Source: a virus
DNA length: 64,000 nt
Strand: one strand, 5' to 3'
Virus record (IMG/VR): IMGVR_UViG_3300025671_000038
A program made the position numbers and the translations under genes. Position 1 is the first letter of the stretch. Every line of letters starts with the position of its first letter. A model generated the notes under the pieces. It did not search any database. It saw only the letters and a list, made by a program, of their open reading frames with translations, and was not told where the DNA came from. Positions 8,939 through 19,608 of the stretch are shown here, piece after piece.

Positions 8939-10426
8939 TTAAGTAAGAATTCCGGCATACCCTTTATCGGAGTTGTAATAAACTGTAATATCAGTAGCTG
9001 AAGATCCTTTAGCGATAATTAGATCCAGATACAAAACGGGGGTTGAAAATACGCGATCCGGAGTTCCACTGAAACTGGTACTACTAAGATAAAGACCATT
9101 TATTGGTTTTGAGTCGTCAACAGCAACTATTCTTACATTTATCGCAGTATTTGATTTAAGATACCCGCCCCAAGAGCCAGTCATAATGATACCAGAGGGG
9201 ATTCCTATATACCTCTGAGTTCCTGAAGCGGGGCTCAGATCTACCTCCACGAAATTACCATTCATGACTCTGTTGTATCCCATTGACCATATGTTCTGAT
9301 TTGTAGTACCATTGGCACTTCCATCGTAGTTACTAGAGGTACCAACGAATTGTGTCCTACCCTGGACCATTCTACTTCCTTCTATTCTTCCATCCGCTCT
9401 TACACCAAAATATCTAGTGCTACCTATGGTGAGATCCAGTAGGTAAGAGGAACTGGAAGCAGTACTCGTATCGATCACCACTCCACCTGCAGAATTTGAG
9501 GTATTCTCATTAATGGAAGAGAAAACATAATCCGTGGTATTAGAGGTAATCGATATAGGAACATTCGTTTCCATACTGCTACTTCCCATATTAAAATTGG
9601 AACTAGTGACAAAAAAATTGCTACCCAGTGAAAAAGAAACATCGCTCCCCGCGGTAATTTTTACCACCCCTCCGGAATTAAAATTCATGAATCCGCTGGA
9701 GGAAATATCTACATTTCCACTGGTACTAATCAGTTCTAAACCACCGCCGGCACTCAGTGTAAGTCCATCCTGAGGGACGGTAAAAAGCAAATCATAATTT
9801 GAACCCACCGGGGAAAGCCACCTAAATTGTGGGTGCCTGGTATAATCTGATGGATCACCAATTCCAGGGGCATCAGTTTTAGAAAATTCCAGGATGGGGT
9901 AATCGTTAGATCCATTGGTTGACAGAAGTAGTTTGGAATAATTGGGATTTGCCGTAGTGGTAGTGGAGATTGAATCACTTAAGACCATCGTAGTTTTTTC
10001 AGGAAAAGAACTACTGAATACGATCGCATCCTTATTTCCAGTCGGTCCAGATATTCCCTCTATTAACTTAAAAGACTCGGAAGCCTTAAGATTAGCTCCT
10101 GTATCAACCCATCCACTATCCCCATACTGGAAAATTTTGTTCCCCTGCGAGGGATTTACCCAATAGTCACCCACGAATATCGGATCCGAAGCGCCACCAA
10201 TTGGCTCAGTACTTTGCACTAACCACTGGGTTCCTCTTCTGCCTTCCTGTCCGGGATCTCCTTTAGGTCCAGCAGGCCCTACTGCACCCTGAGGTCCAGT
10301 TTTACCAATTTTTCCTTGCGGACCCCCACCATTAGCAACTATCGAATCAAAATTGTTATTAATCTTCCTAATTATATCTTCCTGTGAATCTCCCTGGGTA
10401 AGATTCGATATGTTTAAATTCGGCAT
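8939..10426 (-). CDS. Tail fibre protein with short collagen-like segment
   Basis: 11 Gly-X-Y triplets from aa 35; shares GD-x-W, GW-x-x-TG, ISGP-x-G and NPN-x-x-KLL motifs with 7238..8920. Confidence 0.7.
   Translation of the reverse strand: MPNLNISNLTQGDSQEDIIRKINNNFDSIVANGGGPQGKIGKTGPQGAVGPAGPKGDPGQEGRRGTQWLVQSTEPIGGASDPIFVGDYWVNPSQGNKIFQYGDSGWVDTGANLKASESFKLIEGISGPTGNKDAIVFSSSFPEKTTMVLSDSISTTTTANPNYSKLLLSTNGSNDYPILEFSKTDAPGIGDPSDYTRHPQFRWLSPVGSNYDLLFTVPQDGLTLSAGGGLELISTSGNVDISSSGFMNFNSGGVVKITAGSDVSFSLGSNFFVTSSNFNMGSSSMETNVPISITSNTTDYVFSSINENTSNSAGGVVIDTSTASSSSYLLDLTIGSTRYFGVRADGRIEGSRMVQGRTQFVGTSSNYDGSANGTTNQNIWSMGYNRVMNGNFVEVDLSPASGTQRYIGIPSGIIMTGSWGGYLKSNTAINVRIVAVDDSKPINGLYLSSTSFSGTPDRVFSTPVLYLDLIIAKGSSATDITVYYNSDKGYAGILT
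10226..10324 (-). repeat. Collagen-like Gly-X-Y coding repeat
   Basis: GPQGKIGKTGPQGAVGPAGPKGDPGQEGRRGTQ. Confidence 0.8.
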
Positions 10427-10446
10427 GCTAAAATCTTATCTTTGTT

Positions 10447-10454
10447 TATATATT
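10447..10454 (-). promoter_or_regulatory. Putative late promoter variant AATATATA
   Basis: One mismatch to GATATATA, 20 nt before the ATG at 10426, in a 44-nt intergenic gap. Confidence 0.5.
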
Positions 10455-10470
10455 CTGGATTTTCTGAGCA

Positions 10471-13400
10471 TTAAATTTTTTCAATCTGGAAGGTAAACGT
10501 TGTTGAATAATTGCTCCCTGCTTCCAACGGGAGCTCGAAAGTATACGAGAGGGAATTCCTCCTGGTTAATTTATAATTCTCATTTCTGTAATATCTATAT
10601 CTAACCCTATCCGGATTTATCAGATCACCTCTGAGTAATATTTCGGTTGGAGATAGATCCGTACCTGTCTTTTTAACGTAAAGATCGAAAGATATCCCCT
10701 GGTAGATCGGAGACACATTATTATCTATATAGGCCTTAATGTCATCCTCAATACTACTAGGATCACCAACTCCATACTCGGAAATCATATTATCGACAAA
10801 CACCTTGTCTATTCCAGAATTAAGAAGATATCTTCTAAGTATTCTATCTAACCTAATAGATCCTACAAGCTTATTGTTAAGCACGTCTTTCTGCCAGAAA
10901 ACCTCGACGTCCGGGTATATTCCCTCATCGACCGATTGAAGATCAACGCTACTAAAGGCTGTTCCAAGCTGTCCTATTCCCGTATTGGAATTGGCAGGAC
11001 CTATATTTTGTATCTCGGTTAATGCAGCCTTAGCGTTGTCATTTATCAACTGTATATCCGTTGTCCCGGTCGTTCTAGATATTTCTAAAGAAATAAATGT
11101 GTATGCAGTTACTAAATAAGGGGTCTGCATCATCTTTGAACCCAGAAAGGATTTACTTTCCCTCATAGACCTCGTACCCGCAACCGGGGTTTGTGTTGTC
11201 GAACTAGAGTATAAATTGTAATATCCAGGATCCCACGAGGACAAAAACACCGAAAAATCCTTTCTCGCTATCGGGGTTTGACCTATTAGAGGATAAACAG
11301 GACCACTCGGGAAACTATCAGACTGGCTCAATATATTGCTTCCCCTATCTACCTTGCTATAATTAAGGTTTTTGAGTTTTCCAAAGTCATTTTTTTCGGG
11401 TGCAAATGTGCAATTCCGGTAAGATAGATCAACAGAGGTATATCCAGAGACAGTGTCATTTTTATCGTTTTTATACCTAATAATTTTCTCGAATAAGGGC
11501 TCATAAGATCCAGCATACCTAAGTATATCAGCACCATATGATGCTCCACCATTGTTTATTGTATACCCAGTAGGTTGATTTTGACCTAGAGTTTGGGGAC
11601 CAGAATAAGATTTTACTGGTACAAGACCGGTACCTCTAGAAATCGCAGTTGGCTTCTCAAACTTCAAAAGAAAATCACTACTCCTAGTCTTGGTAGTCCC
11701 AGATCTCTCATCCCAGTAGTAGGTCGTATATGAAATATATGGGCTCTCTGAATTCACTCTCTCGGATATCTGAGAAAGAGAAATTCTTTTCATGATATAT
11801 TCCATGTTTTTGAAACCCCCTCCCAATTGAAAAACAGGATTTCCCCTATATGTGCTTTGTGGTCCAATCGGAACAGTAACCGGAGAGGAAAAAGCAAAAG
11901 GTATATCGAAGGTATAATTTGTACCAACCGGGCCAAAGGAAACCAGATTCTTAGACCTCCCTACAGGCCAGGGATATTTACTCGATATAGCAGGAACATC
12001 GAAACTACCGTTACCGGTTAGACCCACAGATCCAGTCCCTCCTACCGGATAAACCAGATTTATCTCTTCTCTTAAATCTGTGTCATAATCCTGATTAGGT
12101 ATAATATAGATAAATCCAGGATTAGTGTTCGGGGTTACAGAACTTGGAGAAACAACGGACAAATCCAGTGCAGAGCTTAGTTTTATATCACTCATATCAT
12201 ACAACCTCCGAGGTGTCGGAGTAGCGCCTGTAGATCCAGTTGTTCCAACCTGCAAATCTTTCTTCTTGTCTACAAGGCTGTATAACAATGTATAGTCAAC
12301 AAATGCACCAGTAGGCCCGACATCACCAAGTGGCAATGCCCGGTAATCATTTATTACTATGCTACAAACAAAAAGAATTGACTTCTGTTGAGTATTCTCT
12401 ATAAACTCGTAGGATACCGGTGCTTGTATAGTGTCCGGAGTTTCATCGACCACCCTTAAAATGGCAGAAAATTTATAGTCCTCAAATCCTCTATAGTTAG
12501 CTATAAATTTCTCGGCGTCCGTAGATGGATCATCGATATTACTCTTCCTCCTCAGTGACATTTTAACGCCCCTAAATAGAGTTTCGTAATAACCAGTGGA
12601 TGAGTTATATCTGAAAGGTGTAAAAAGCTCCTTTGTGAAATTAGACCCAGAATTGTAAGGGTAAGGGTAATCAAGAGTATCTACAGTAAAGAACGAAGAG
12701 AAGTAAAGAGAATCCCCAGGATCAGCGCTTTTTGCTTTATCGAGATCAATTTCCCCGGGCAAATAGTTCCTCTGATTATTTATCTTATCCACCGGATAAC
12801 CAGGAGGAATTCCCTCCAAGAGCATCCATTCATGTGTAAGATACTTCGGATCCGGAATCTCCCTCTCAAAACTCGGAGAAAAATTAGTGGGGCTAAATGC
12901 AGGGGAAGCGTTCAGCCTGTAGGAATTACCTCTAGCGTCGGTCCCACCAAAATACCCCCATTTATTAATATAGGGAACTATCTTAGATCTATTAGCCCTA
13001 CGTTGTGTATAATTTTCTCTAAGGTAAGAATATTCACTATCTAGTTTCCCGTAATTAAATAAGGCTCCCTTGTCCTCCACTGGTGGAACCTGCTCTTCAG
13101 AATCGATGGATTGTATTCCATAAAATCCATCAAATGAATCTAGGTTTTCCTCAGCTTTAATTGAATTAACATCATAGATAACACTAGGATTTTCCCAGTA
13201 TATCTGTGTGAAAATAGCAGGGACTACAATTGACGGAGTTCCATTAACAGCAACACCCTCGTCATAGAAAATACTAACAGATGATCCCACAAAGGCAGCT
13301 CCCGGCCCGAGAACCCTCTCAGAAGGCAAACCTATGTCAACTCTAATAGAACCTCGTCTAACCAGATATTTGACATTCTCTTTTATCTGTCCAGAACGGT

Positions 13401-16005
13401 CGGGAATGAGCTGGAAATATCTATGATATTCTGGGGTTGGTGTTTCTCCATAAGACGAGCTCCATAGATCAAAATCAAAATTCTTAAGATCAAAAAAGGT
13501 AAATACTCCCACATGTGATTTCGCGACATCAAAAACTCTAAATCTTGAATCACTACCCAGATCGATCTTTATTTTCTGATCTTTTAGATTAGCAACAAGT
13601 AAATCTTGAAATCCACCAAATCCAGTTACGGTTCCGGACCTTGTAATGGGGTCGTCAACATATCTAGAAATGGACTCTATCATACCTATCCCTCCAGTAA
13701 CCCCGGTGGTCTCGTCTACCTCGATCCAATAGTCTTTTTTAACCTTATCCACATCATCTATGGAAAATGCTACCCTACACAATGGGTAATCGGTTCCCCC
13801 AGAGAAATAAACTACCCCGTTAGTCTCAGATGCATCCACTCCCCCTATTTTAACATATCCCACACTGCTGAAAGTTGAGTACTCGGACCAATCAGCTGGA
13901 TCCGAGCCCGGAGGTTCATTAGGAGATGATGGCAAGGCGGAAGGAATACCAACCGTACTAGTAACCTCGTAATATTTGCCAAGATAGAAAACCACATCGC
14001 CGAAAGAAAAAGCGGAGGTTCCGTTCCAAACGCCTACATAAGAATTATTAAAAGTATCATAGTCGTCATATGCGACTATCGAGAAGTTCTTGTTTAAGGA
14101 ATACCCCGAGGATTTGGAGACAATAACAACCGAATTATCCGAGGTAGCACAGTCCCATAGGGAATCGTCAATTGAGTTTATACACTGGGAGAAAGACTCA
14201 GCAAAGTCCGATTTCTTCCCATCTTTCCAGTTGAAATAATGGTAATTACCGGAATTGTAGGATTTACCCTTACTCCAGCCTAAAACGCTACCTGAAAAAT
14301 CACCGCTGCGAACTAGGTCATATTTCCCTGCTGCCTCGGAATAAGTTCCATTAGGCCAGAAGATCTTAAATACTATCTCTGAGGGGAAATCAGATTTTTT
14401 GAGAAACTCAACGTAAGAATTTGCCTTACCCTTACTATTGGGCAGTATCCCAGCGTAATTGCCTATAAGATCATCAGCTCCAGTAAAATTAGCAAGATTA
14501 ACTGACTTGTTGAATAAAACGAGACTACCAGTATTTGCCCCAGTATTCCCGGTTACCCCAAAAGAATCATTATAGTAAGGACCATATTTAGCATACTCTG
14601 GGGTATTATTACTCCAAGTTTTGCTAGTGCTAATGTAATTTTCTACCCTTTTGAGCGAATAAAAATTATCGTTCTTATCGGTAATGTAGTATAGCTTCTG
14701 CGGATCGTTTACGTTGGTGTCATAAGATCCAGGAATCCATCCGCTTGCCCCTTGATAATATAGTCTAACCCCACCGGTGCTACTCTGGAATTGGGGCTTA
14801 TTGTTGTAGTAATAGCCAATATTATTCCTAGATGGCTTAGGTAAATTTAGGTTATTTCCGGAGTTTCTAAATTTATAGAAATAATCACCGTTTAATTTAA
14901 ATTCCCCGAGATCGTTTCTAGAAACATAAAATCCAAAATACCTATTTATGGTATACAGATCAGAATCATCGTCATTGAACAGGAATTCCAAATTCAACAG
15001 AGAGGGAGTTATGATTCCATTTCTAGAGAAACCGGAAGTTACATAATCCTCAAAATCAGACTGCACAGAGGAATCAGGGGAGGCTAAATAATCATAGTAA
15101 AACTCTCCAGCCTTGCTATATACGCCATCTTTAATGGATACACCGTTGTAATATGTGTAAGTATTAGACTCCAATGAGAAATCTATAGGATTGTATTCAA
15201 ACCTGGGGTTATTAACAATATCCCTTATATAGCTACCTACGAGAGTGTCCTCTCTAAGATCAAATGTAGCTACCACGGAGGCATTAGGTAGAATTTTAGA
15301 GTTGAAGAACTGCTCAACATTGTCAACCTCTGGTTGGTATTTAAGCTCCGACATCTCAACAACTTTACCACTTCCAGATAAGACCTGATAACTGCTATAA
15401 TTCTCGACGCCGTTGAATAAATCCCCGCTACTATAAATGATCGGGGTAGCAAAATTATCCAAGCCATATGAGATTGTAAAATCCTCAGATGAGTCCGGGT
15501 CCTGTACAACCTTATACTCCGTATTATTTTTTATAACCGTCTGGTTGGTACTATATGGATATGAGAGTGGTTCGGGAACTTTAAAAACCACAAAGAACTC
15601 AGGTAACTCCTGTCTTAGCCATAGAGGCTGAAAGTATCTGAAATTCTCCGTATAGTTCCTGTCTATCAACGTAGAAGCACCAGCTCCATAGAAGAAATCA
15701 TATTGCAGCTCGAAGTCATCAACTGCTTTATTTTCACCATCAGTGAATTTTCCAACTTCGAATATTATATCATTAGGAACCGTGCCCTCCTCAAAAAAAT
15801 TGTATATGTCCTTGGCATATGTGAGATTACCAGTCACCTGATATTTCTTAAACCTCTGGGAGCTAAGTGTGGGATTAGCATTAAAAGAGTTCAACCATAA
15901 TCCCCCAGAGGAATCCAGGGTTATCTTAAGATTCCCTGTCAGTAGTGGATTAGTTCTCAGAACCCCAAAGGATGAATTATAGTCAAAGAGTTTTGGTGAA
16001 GCCAT
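10471..16005 (-). CDS. Very large virion structural protein (1844 aa), tail or baseplate associated
   Basis: Long uninterrupted ORF in the tail operon; contains a CBM5/12-like motif and many G-x-T-G linkers. Confidence 0.6.
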   Translation of the reverse strand: MASPKLFDYNSSFGVLRTNPLLTGNLKITLDSSGGLWLNSFNANPTLSSQRFKKYQVTGNLTYAKDIYNFFEEGTVPNDIIFEVGKFTDGENKAVDDFELQYDFFYGAGASTLIDRNYTENFRYFQPLWLRQELPEFFVVFKVPEPLSYPYSTNQTVIKNNTEYKVVQDPDSSEDFTISYGLDNFATPIIYSSGDLFNGVENYSSYQVLSGSGKVVEMSELKYQPEVDNVEQFFNSKILPNASVVATFDLREDTLVGSYIRDIVNNPRFEYNPIDFSLESNTYTYYNGVSIKDGVYSKAGEFYYDYLASPDSSVQSDFEDYVTSGFSRNGIITPSLLNLEFLFNDDDSDLYTINRYFGFYVSRNDLGEFKLNGDYFYKFRNSGNNLNLPKPSRNNIGYYYNNKPQFQSSTGGVRLYYQGASGWIPGSYDTNVNDPQKLYYITDKNDNFYSLKRVENYISTSKTWSNNTPEYAKYGPYYNDSFGVTGNTGANTGSLVLFNKSVNLANFTGADDLIGNYAGILPNSKGKANSYVEFLKKSDFPSEIVFKIFWPNGTYSEAAGKYDLVRSGDFSGSVLGWSKGKSYNSGNYHYFNWKDGKKSDFAESFSQCINSIDDSLWDCATSDNSVVIVSKSSGYSLNKNFSIVAYDDYDTFNNSYVGVWNGTSAFSFGDVVFYLGKYYEVTSTVGIPSALPSSPNEPPGSDPADWSEYSTFSSVGYVKIGGVDASETNGVVYFSGGTDYPLCRVAFSIDDVDKVKKDYWIEVDETTGVTGGIGMIESISRYVDDPITRSGTVTGFGGFQDLLVANLKDQKIKIDLGSDSRFRVFDVAKSHVGVFTFFDLKNFDFDLWSSSYGETPTPEYHRYFQLIPDRSGQIKENVKYLVRRGSIRVDIGLPSERVLGPGAAFVGSSVSIFYDEGVAVNGTPSIVVPAIFTQIYWENPSVIYDVNSIKAEENLDSFDGFYGIQSIDSEEQVPPVEDKGALFNYGKLDSEYSYLRENYTQRRANRSKIVPYINKWGYFGGTDARGNSYRLNASPAFSPTNFSPSFEREIPDPKYLTHEWMLLEGIPPGYPVDKINNQRNYLPGEIDLDKAKSADPGDSLYFSSFFTVDTLDYPYPYNSGSNFTKELFTPFRYNSSTGYYETLFRGVKMSLRRKSNIDDPSTDAEKFIANYRGFEDYKFSAILRVVDETPDTIQAPVSYEFIENTQQKSILFVCSIVINDYRALPLGDVGPTGAFVDYTLLYSLVDKKKDLQVGTTGSTGATPTPRRLYDMSDIKLSSALDLSVVSPSSVTPNTNPGFIYIIPNQDYDTDLREEINLVYPVGGTGSVGLTGNGSFDVPAISSKYPWPVGRSKNLVSFGPVGTNYTFDIPFAFSSPVTVPIGPQSTYRGNPVFQLGGGFKNMEYIMKRISLSQISERVNSESPYISYTTYYWDERSGTTKTRSSDFLLKFEKPTAISRGTGLVPVKSYSGPQTLGQNQPTGYTINNGGASYGADILRYAGSYEPLFEKIIRYKNDKNDTVSGYTSVDLSYRNCTFAPEKNDFGKLKNLNYSKVDRGSNILSQSDSFPSGPVYPLIGQTPIARKDFSVFLSSWDPGYYNLYSSSTTQTPVAGTRSMRESKSFLGSKMMQTPYLVTAYTFISLEISRTTGTTDIQLINDNAKAALTEIQNIGPANSNTGIGQLGTAFSSVDLQSVDEGIYPDVEVFWQKDVLNNKLVGSIRLDRILRRYLLNSGIDKVFVDNMISEYGVGDPSSIEDDIKAYIDNNVSPIYQGISFDLYVKKTGTDLSPTEILLRGDLINPDRVRYRYYRNENYKLTRRNSLSYTFELPLEAGSNYSTTFTFQIEKI

Positions 16006-16025
16006 ATTTTTCTCTTTATCCTATC

Positions 16026-19000
16026 TTATCCAACGATCCTTGACGAGGTAAAGTTAGGAGAAGACAGGGTATCATTTTTATATTTTCCAGTAACCTCAAC
16101 ATCAAATGAGAATGGACTTTGGTTTTTAACCTGTATATCTATCCCTACTTTTTTGGTGTATGTAATATTAGTCGGGTTACCATCTGATCTAAATCCTCCT
16201 ATATTACCGAGAGCATCAGTAGCTCTAAATTGGAATATGAGAGGGACACTTATACCATTTGAGCTACCCTGAATATTCTTAGTAGCCAATTGGGTAGATC
16301 CCTCCACCTGTATAAGAGAAGCAGTAGGAGGACCAACGAAAAGGTAAGCTCCGCAAGTGTACCTTCCTATAAGATAAGCGTCATCCTCGGTGAAACCTAA
16401 TTTTTGGGGGTACATTCCATCATTACGATCCCCAGCAGTACTTGTAGCTCCGGTAGCAAATTCTTCCGTAACCTGCTGATAGCCCAATTGTTTATAGTTA
16501 TCAGTCAATGTTGTATCTACATAGAAATAATCAGATTGCCTGAAGTATGGGTAAACCACAACGTTATTGCTGAAGTTTGGTTTCATCAAATCAGTGAATC
16601 CAACACCAGCACCAGTGTTTAAAATTGGGTGGTTTATGTGGATGCAGAACTCAGAAAGCGTCCCGTTTCCGTCGGGTGTCTTAGATCCAGTAGCTCCTGA
16701 GTATGTGCCGTCCCAAACATTGGAATCTGTACCAGAAGCAGTAGGAACTGTAGCATCCGTAGGATCAAAGGGTAACAGTTGACTACCGTTTCTTGGTAGA
16801 TTGTTAGAATCCCCAGTGTAATCATAGGAGGGTACATAAGCAGCAGGCTGTACGTAAAGATCATTATCCAGTCCTACACTCCTCCATCTTGGGTATAGGT
16901 ATTGGCTACTCGAATTACCCGAAGCATATGGAGGAGCTTGCCTGAACAGCTGGAAGGAAGTCGTTGTAGCAGACGAAGATCCAGGTACAACTATGTTGGA
17001 CGGATTGAGGGAGGTTATCGAAATTGGGACCTCACCATATCTTAAATTAGTGGCATATCCAGAGGGTAAAGGATACGTACTGTCGTTACCTGCTAAAATA
17101 TCTAATCCCCCAGGCAAAATAGAGGAAAGCTCGAGTACACCAGAGGAAGAATTAGTTATCCTTATCTCGTATATAGAAGAAGCTATTTTACCAGCATCAG
17201 CCGTAGTTGGATTATCATAAATCTGGTTATAAAATCCTCCGCTTATCTTTACTGTTGCTCCGTTGCTTACTTCCTGTGAGTTTCCTGAAGAATCCACAAT
17301 AGAGACTTCCAACGTTCCTGCTGCGCTAGTAAGCCTAGCACTCAATGAGTTAATTTGATCCTGTAGCTCGGTTATTTTTCTAAGGAGATCCACCGGACTA
17401 CCGTTGCTATCATAAAATCCACTAGCAATGGAATCCGAGCCTAGATAATAAACCTTGTCACCCGTGCTAAACTGCTGTGAAAGAAGCCCGTCAATACCCT
17501 TGGATGAAAGATCCTGCTGGATTTCAAGAACTGCGGCATCCTTTAGGTTATTATTAACATTAGCTGCAGTGCTTTGTGTGCTGGCATCCTCCGGGAATGT
17601 TACAACCACAGATTCACTAAATCGGACATCCGCAGGATTATCTGGCCATCCTGCCTCAGAGATGGACCTTATCCTTATTTCAACCCTTTCTCCCTTGGTT
17701 ATCGGGATATCGAGTTGGTTTATATTTATAGCATCAGCATTATCTGGCTGCTCTTCGGCCCACACATAAGTTCCTGTATTTATGTCATATACCTTTTGTC
17801 TAATCTCGCTTTTTATCTCATTCCAATTGGAAAAGGCCCCAGTTTTTTCTTGTCCGTTCTCATCCACATAATTTATCTGATCGACCGCAGGGGAAGCACC
17901 GGAATCGCTCAGGTACCTGTATTGTATTAGAAATTGAATAACATTCTGAGGGCCGGTTAATGGGCTTTCTTTTGCTGGCGGCATTGCCCAGAAACCCCTA
18001 ACCCTGTACTTAGGAACTACAGATATTTGGGGTGTACTTTCATTTAGAGTGGTTATATCAGAAACAACAGATGCCAAAAGTTGTTGTTTCTGCACTCTTT
18101 GCTCGGTAAGAGAGATCAAGCTGGCCTGCTGTGACTGGTTCGATGAAGAAGGGCTACTAGATCTGGAAGCCTGAACAGGCGCCAGCGAATTGGTTGACCC
18201 AAGAACAGCCGAACTGGAAGCACTGTTAATCGAAGACCTTACTCTGGATATCGAGTTGTCCAGCTGAGAAAGCTCGCTCTGTAGGGTAGACTTCAAAGCA
18301 ACCTTCTCGTTTAAGGTCTGAACATCAGTTCCTTGGGTTAACTGTTTGTTTATTTGTACTACCTTAAAGTTACTGGCAGCTAAAACCGGAGCATTGGGAA
18401 GCTCAGCATTAATAGCGGCAATCTTTTTCTCCTTGGCCATTCCTAGGAATATCTGACCTATATCAGCAACATTGCTGAGATAAAACTGCTCGAGCGTTCT
18501 AACCCCGCCATCGGTGTTTATGTTTAGCTCGTTACTGAAGAAAGTTATGCCATTAGACCATGTAGAGCCAACCACATTATAGTTATCGTCTATTTTTTTA
18601 AAGAATATCCCCTGTCTTTCATCAAACCCGACATTCACCTGTATAGTCCTTTCACTGAATTGGGTTGAAAGCAAGGTTAAAGTATTACTCCCGATCTGTA
18701 CCGCTTGGTAACCAGATGTTCTCTTCATCTGAACCGATGTCTCCTCTATATTTACACTGGTTATACTGTACCTTGTTCCGTCATCGGTTAATAGGGTATC
18801 TCCAACTTTTAGTGTTTTGCCGTCGGTTACGTTAGTGGTAGTATCTGTATAATTTACAGAGGTAAGTTTGTAATTCCTTCTGGTTTCCTCAGTTGAATTT
18901 CCATTAGCATCGGTAATGGTTACGACATCATCGTAGAAAGATACTACCCCGAAATTTCCCTTGTTTCTGATTGTCCTGAGTGGAAGATCTATATTCTCTT

Positions 19001-19592
19001 CATCAACAAAATAAAGTATTCCCGCATCATCCAGAGCGTCTATAAATTCTTCCTCACTTAAATCGTTTCTGCCACTTAGGGTCTGATCAAAATAATTCTT
19101 TTTCTCCTCCGTATCGGTATTTGCTATTATTCTTTTTACCCTTACCCTATCGGCGTCATCCTCCATTTGTCCAGTGACATCTATAGTCACATAGAGAAGG
19201 GGGGTTAAAAAACTTTCAAAGAACCAGTTATCTCTAGTATCGAAAGTACTAGGAACCTGTAGATTCACCAAAGGTGCCGGGTCTTTTACAGGCTGTGATT
19301 TGTAAACTTGAGAATAGGTTCCATCTGGATTCCGGACAGTAGCAAAATTATCACCTAAACCTGCCAGCGATTGTATATTAGAATCGAGTCTTTGTATTTG
19401 GGATCTAAGATATCCGTAACCAGGCAAATTAGCAAAAGAAGGTAATCCGTCCTCGTCCAGGACTTCTATCTGAACGCTATCACTGGTAGAGGTAGCTACC
19501 TCATTCAGTCCATTTATTATTTCTATGGAATTCTTCTGAAGTCTTAAAAACTGAGCTACTAAAGAGCTGATTGAATTTTGTGTAGATGCCAT
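16026..19592 (-). CDS. Large virion structural protein (1188 aa) with coiled coils and an FnIII-like domain
   Basis: Coiled coils (LQSELSQLDNSISRVRSSI; LQDQINSLSARL); FnIII-like strands FLIQYRY...SNW...VEIRIRSISEAGW. Confidence 0.6.
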   Translation of the reverse strand: MASTQNSISSLVAQFLRLQKNSIEIINGLNEVATSTSDSVQIEVLDEDGLPSFANLPGYGYLRSQIQRLDSNIQSLAGLGDNFATVRNPDGTYSQVYKSQPVKDPAPLVNLQVPSTFDTRDNWFFESFLTPLLYVTIDVTGQMEDDADRVRVKRIIANTDTEEKKNYFDQTLSGRNDLSEEEFIDALDDAGILYFVDEENIDLPLRTIRNKGNFGVVSFYDDVVTITDANGNSTEETRRNYKLTSVNYTDTTTNVTDGKTLKVGDTLLTDDGTRYSITSVNIEETSVQMKRTSGYQAVQIGSNTLTLLSTQFSERTIQVNVGFDERQGIFFKKIDDNYNVVGSTWSNGITFFSNELNINTDGGVRTLEQFYLSNVADIGQIFLGMAKEKKIAAINAELPNAPVLAASNFKVVQINKQLTQGTDVQTLNEKVALKSTLQSELSQLDNSISRVRSSINSASSSAVLGSTNSLAPVQASRSSSPSSSNQSQQASLISLTEQRVQKQQLLASVVSDITTLNESTPQISVVPKYRVRGFWAMPPAKESPLTGPQNVIQFLIQYRYLSDSGASPAVDQINYVDENGQEKTGAFSNWNEIKSEIRQKVYDINTGTYVWAEEQPDNADAININQLDIPITKGERVEIRIRSISEAGWPDNPADVRFSESVVVTFPEDASTQSTAANVNNNLKDAAVLEIQQDLSSKGIDGLLSQQFSTGDKVYYLGSDSIASGFYDSNGSPVDLLRKITELQDQINSLSARLTSAAGTLEVSIVDSSGNSQEVSNGATVKISGGFYNQIYDNPTTADAGKIASSIYEIRITNSSSGVLELSSILPGGLDILAGNDSTYPLPSGYATNLRYGEVPISITSLNPSNIVVPGSSSATTTSFQLFRQAPPYASGNSSSQYLYPRWRSVGLDNDLYVQPAAYVPSYDYTGDSNNLPRNGSQLLPFDPTDATVPTASGTDSNVWDGTYSGATGSKTPDGNGTLSEFCIHINHPILNTGAGVGFTDLMKPNFSNNVVVYPYFRQSDYFYVDTTLTDNYKQLGYQQVTEEFATGATSTAGDRNDGMYPQKLGFTEDDAYLIGRYTCGAYLFVGPPTASLIQVEGSTQLATKNIQGSSNGISVPLIFQFRATDALGNIGGFRSDGNPTNITYTKKVGIDIQVKNQSPFSFDVEVTGKYKNDTLSSPNFTSSRIVG

Positions 19593-19608
19593 TTTTTACT
19601 TTAAAGTT

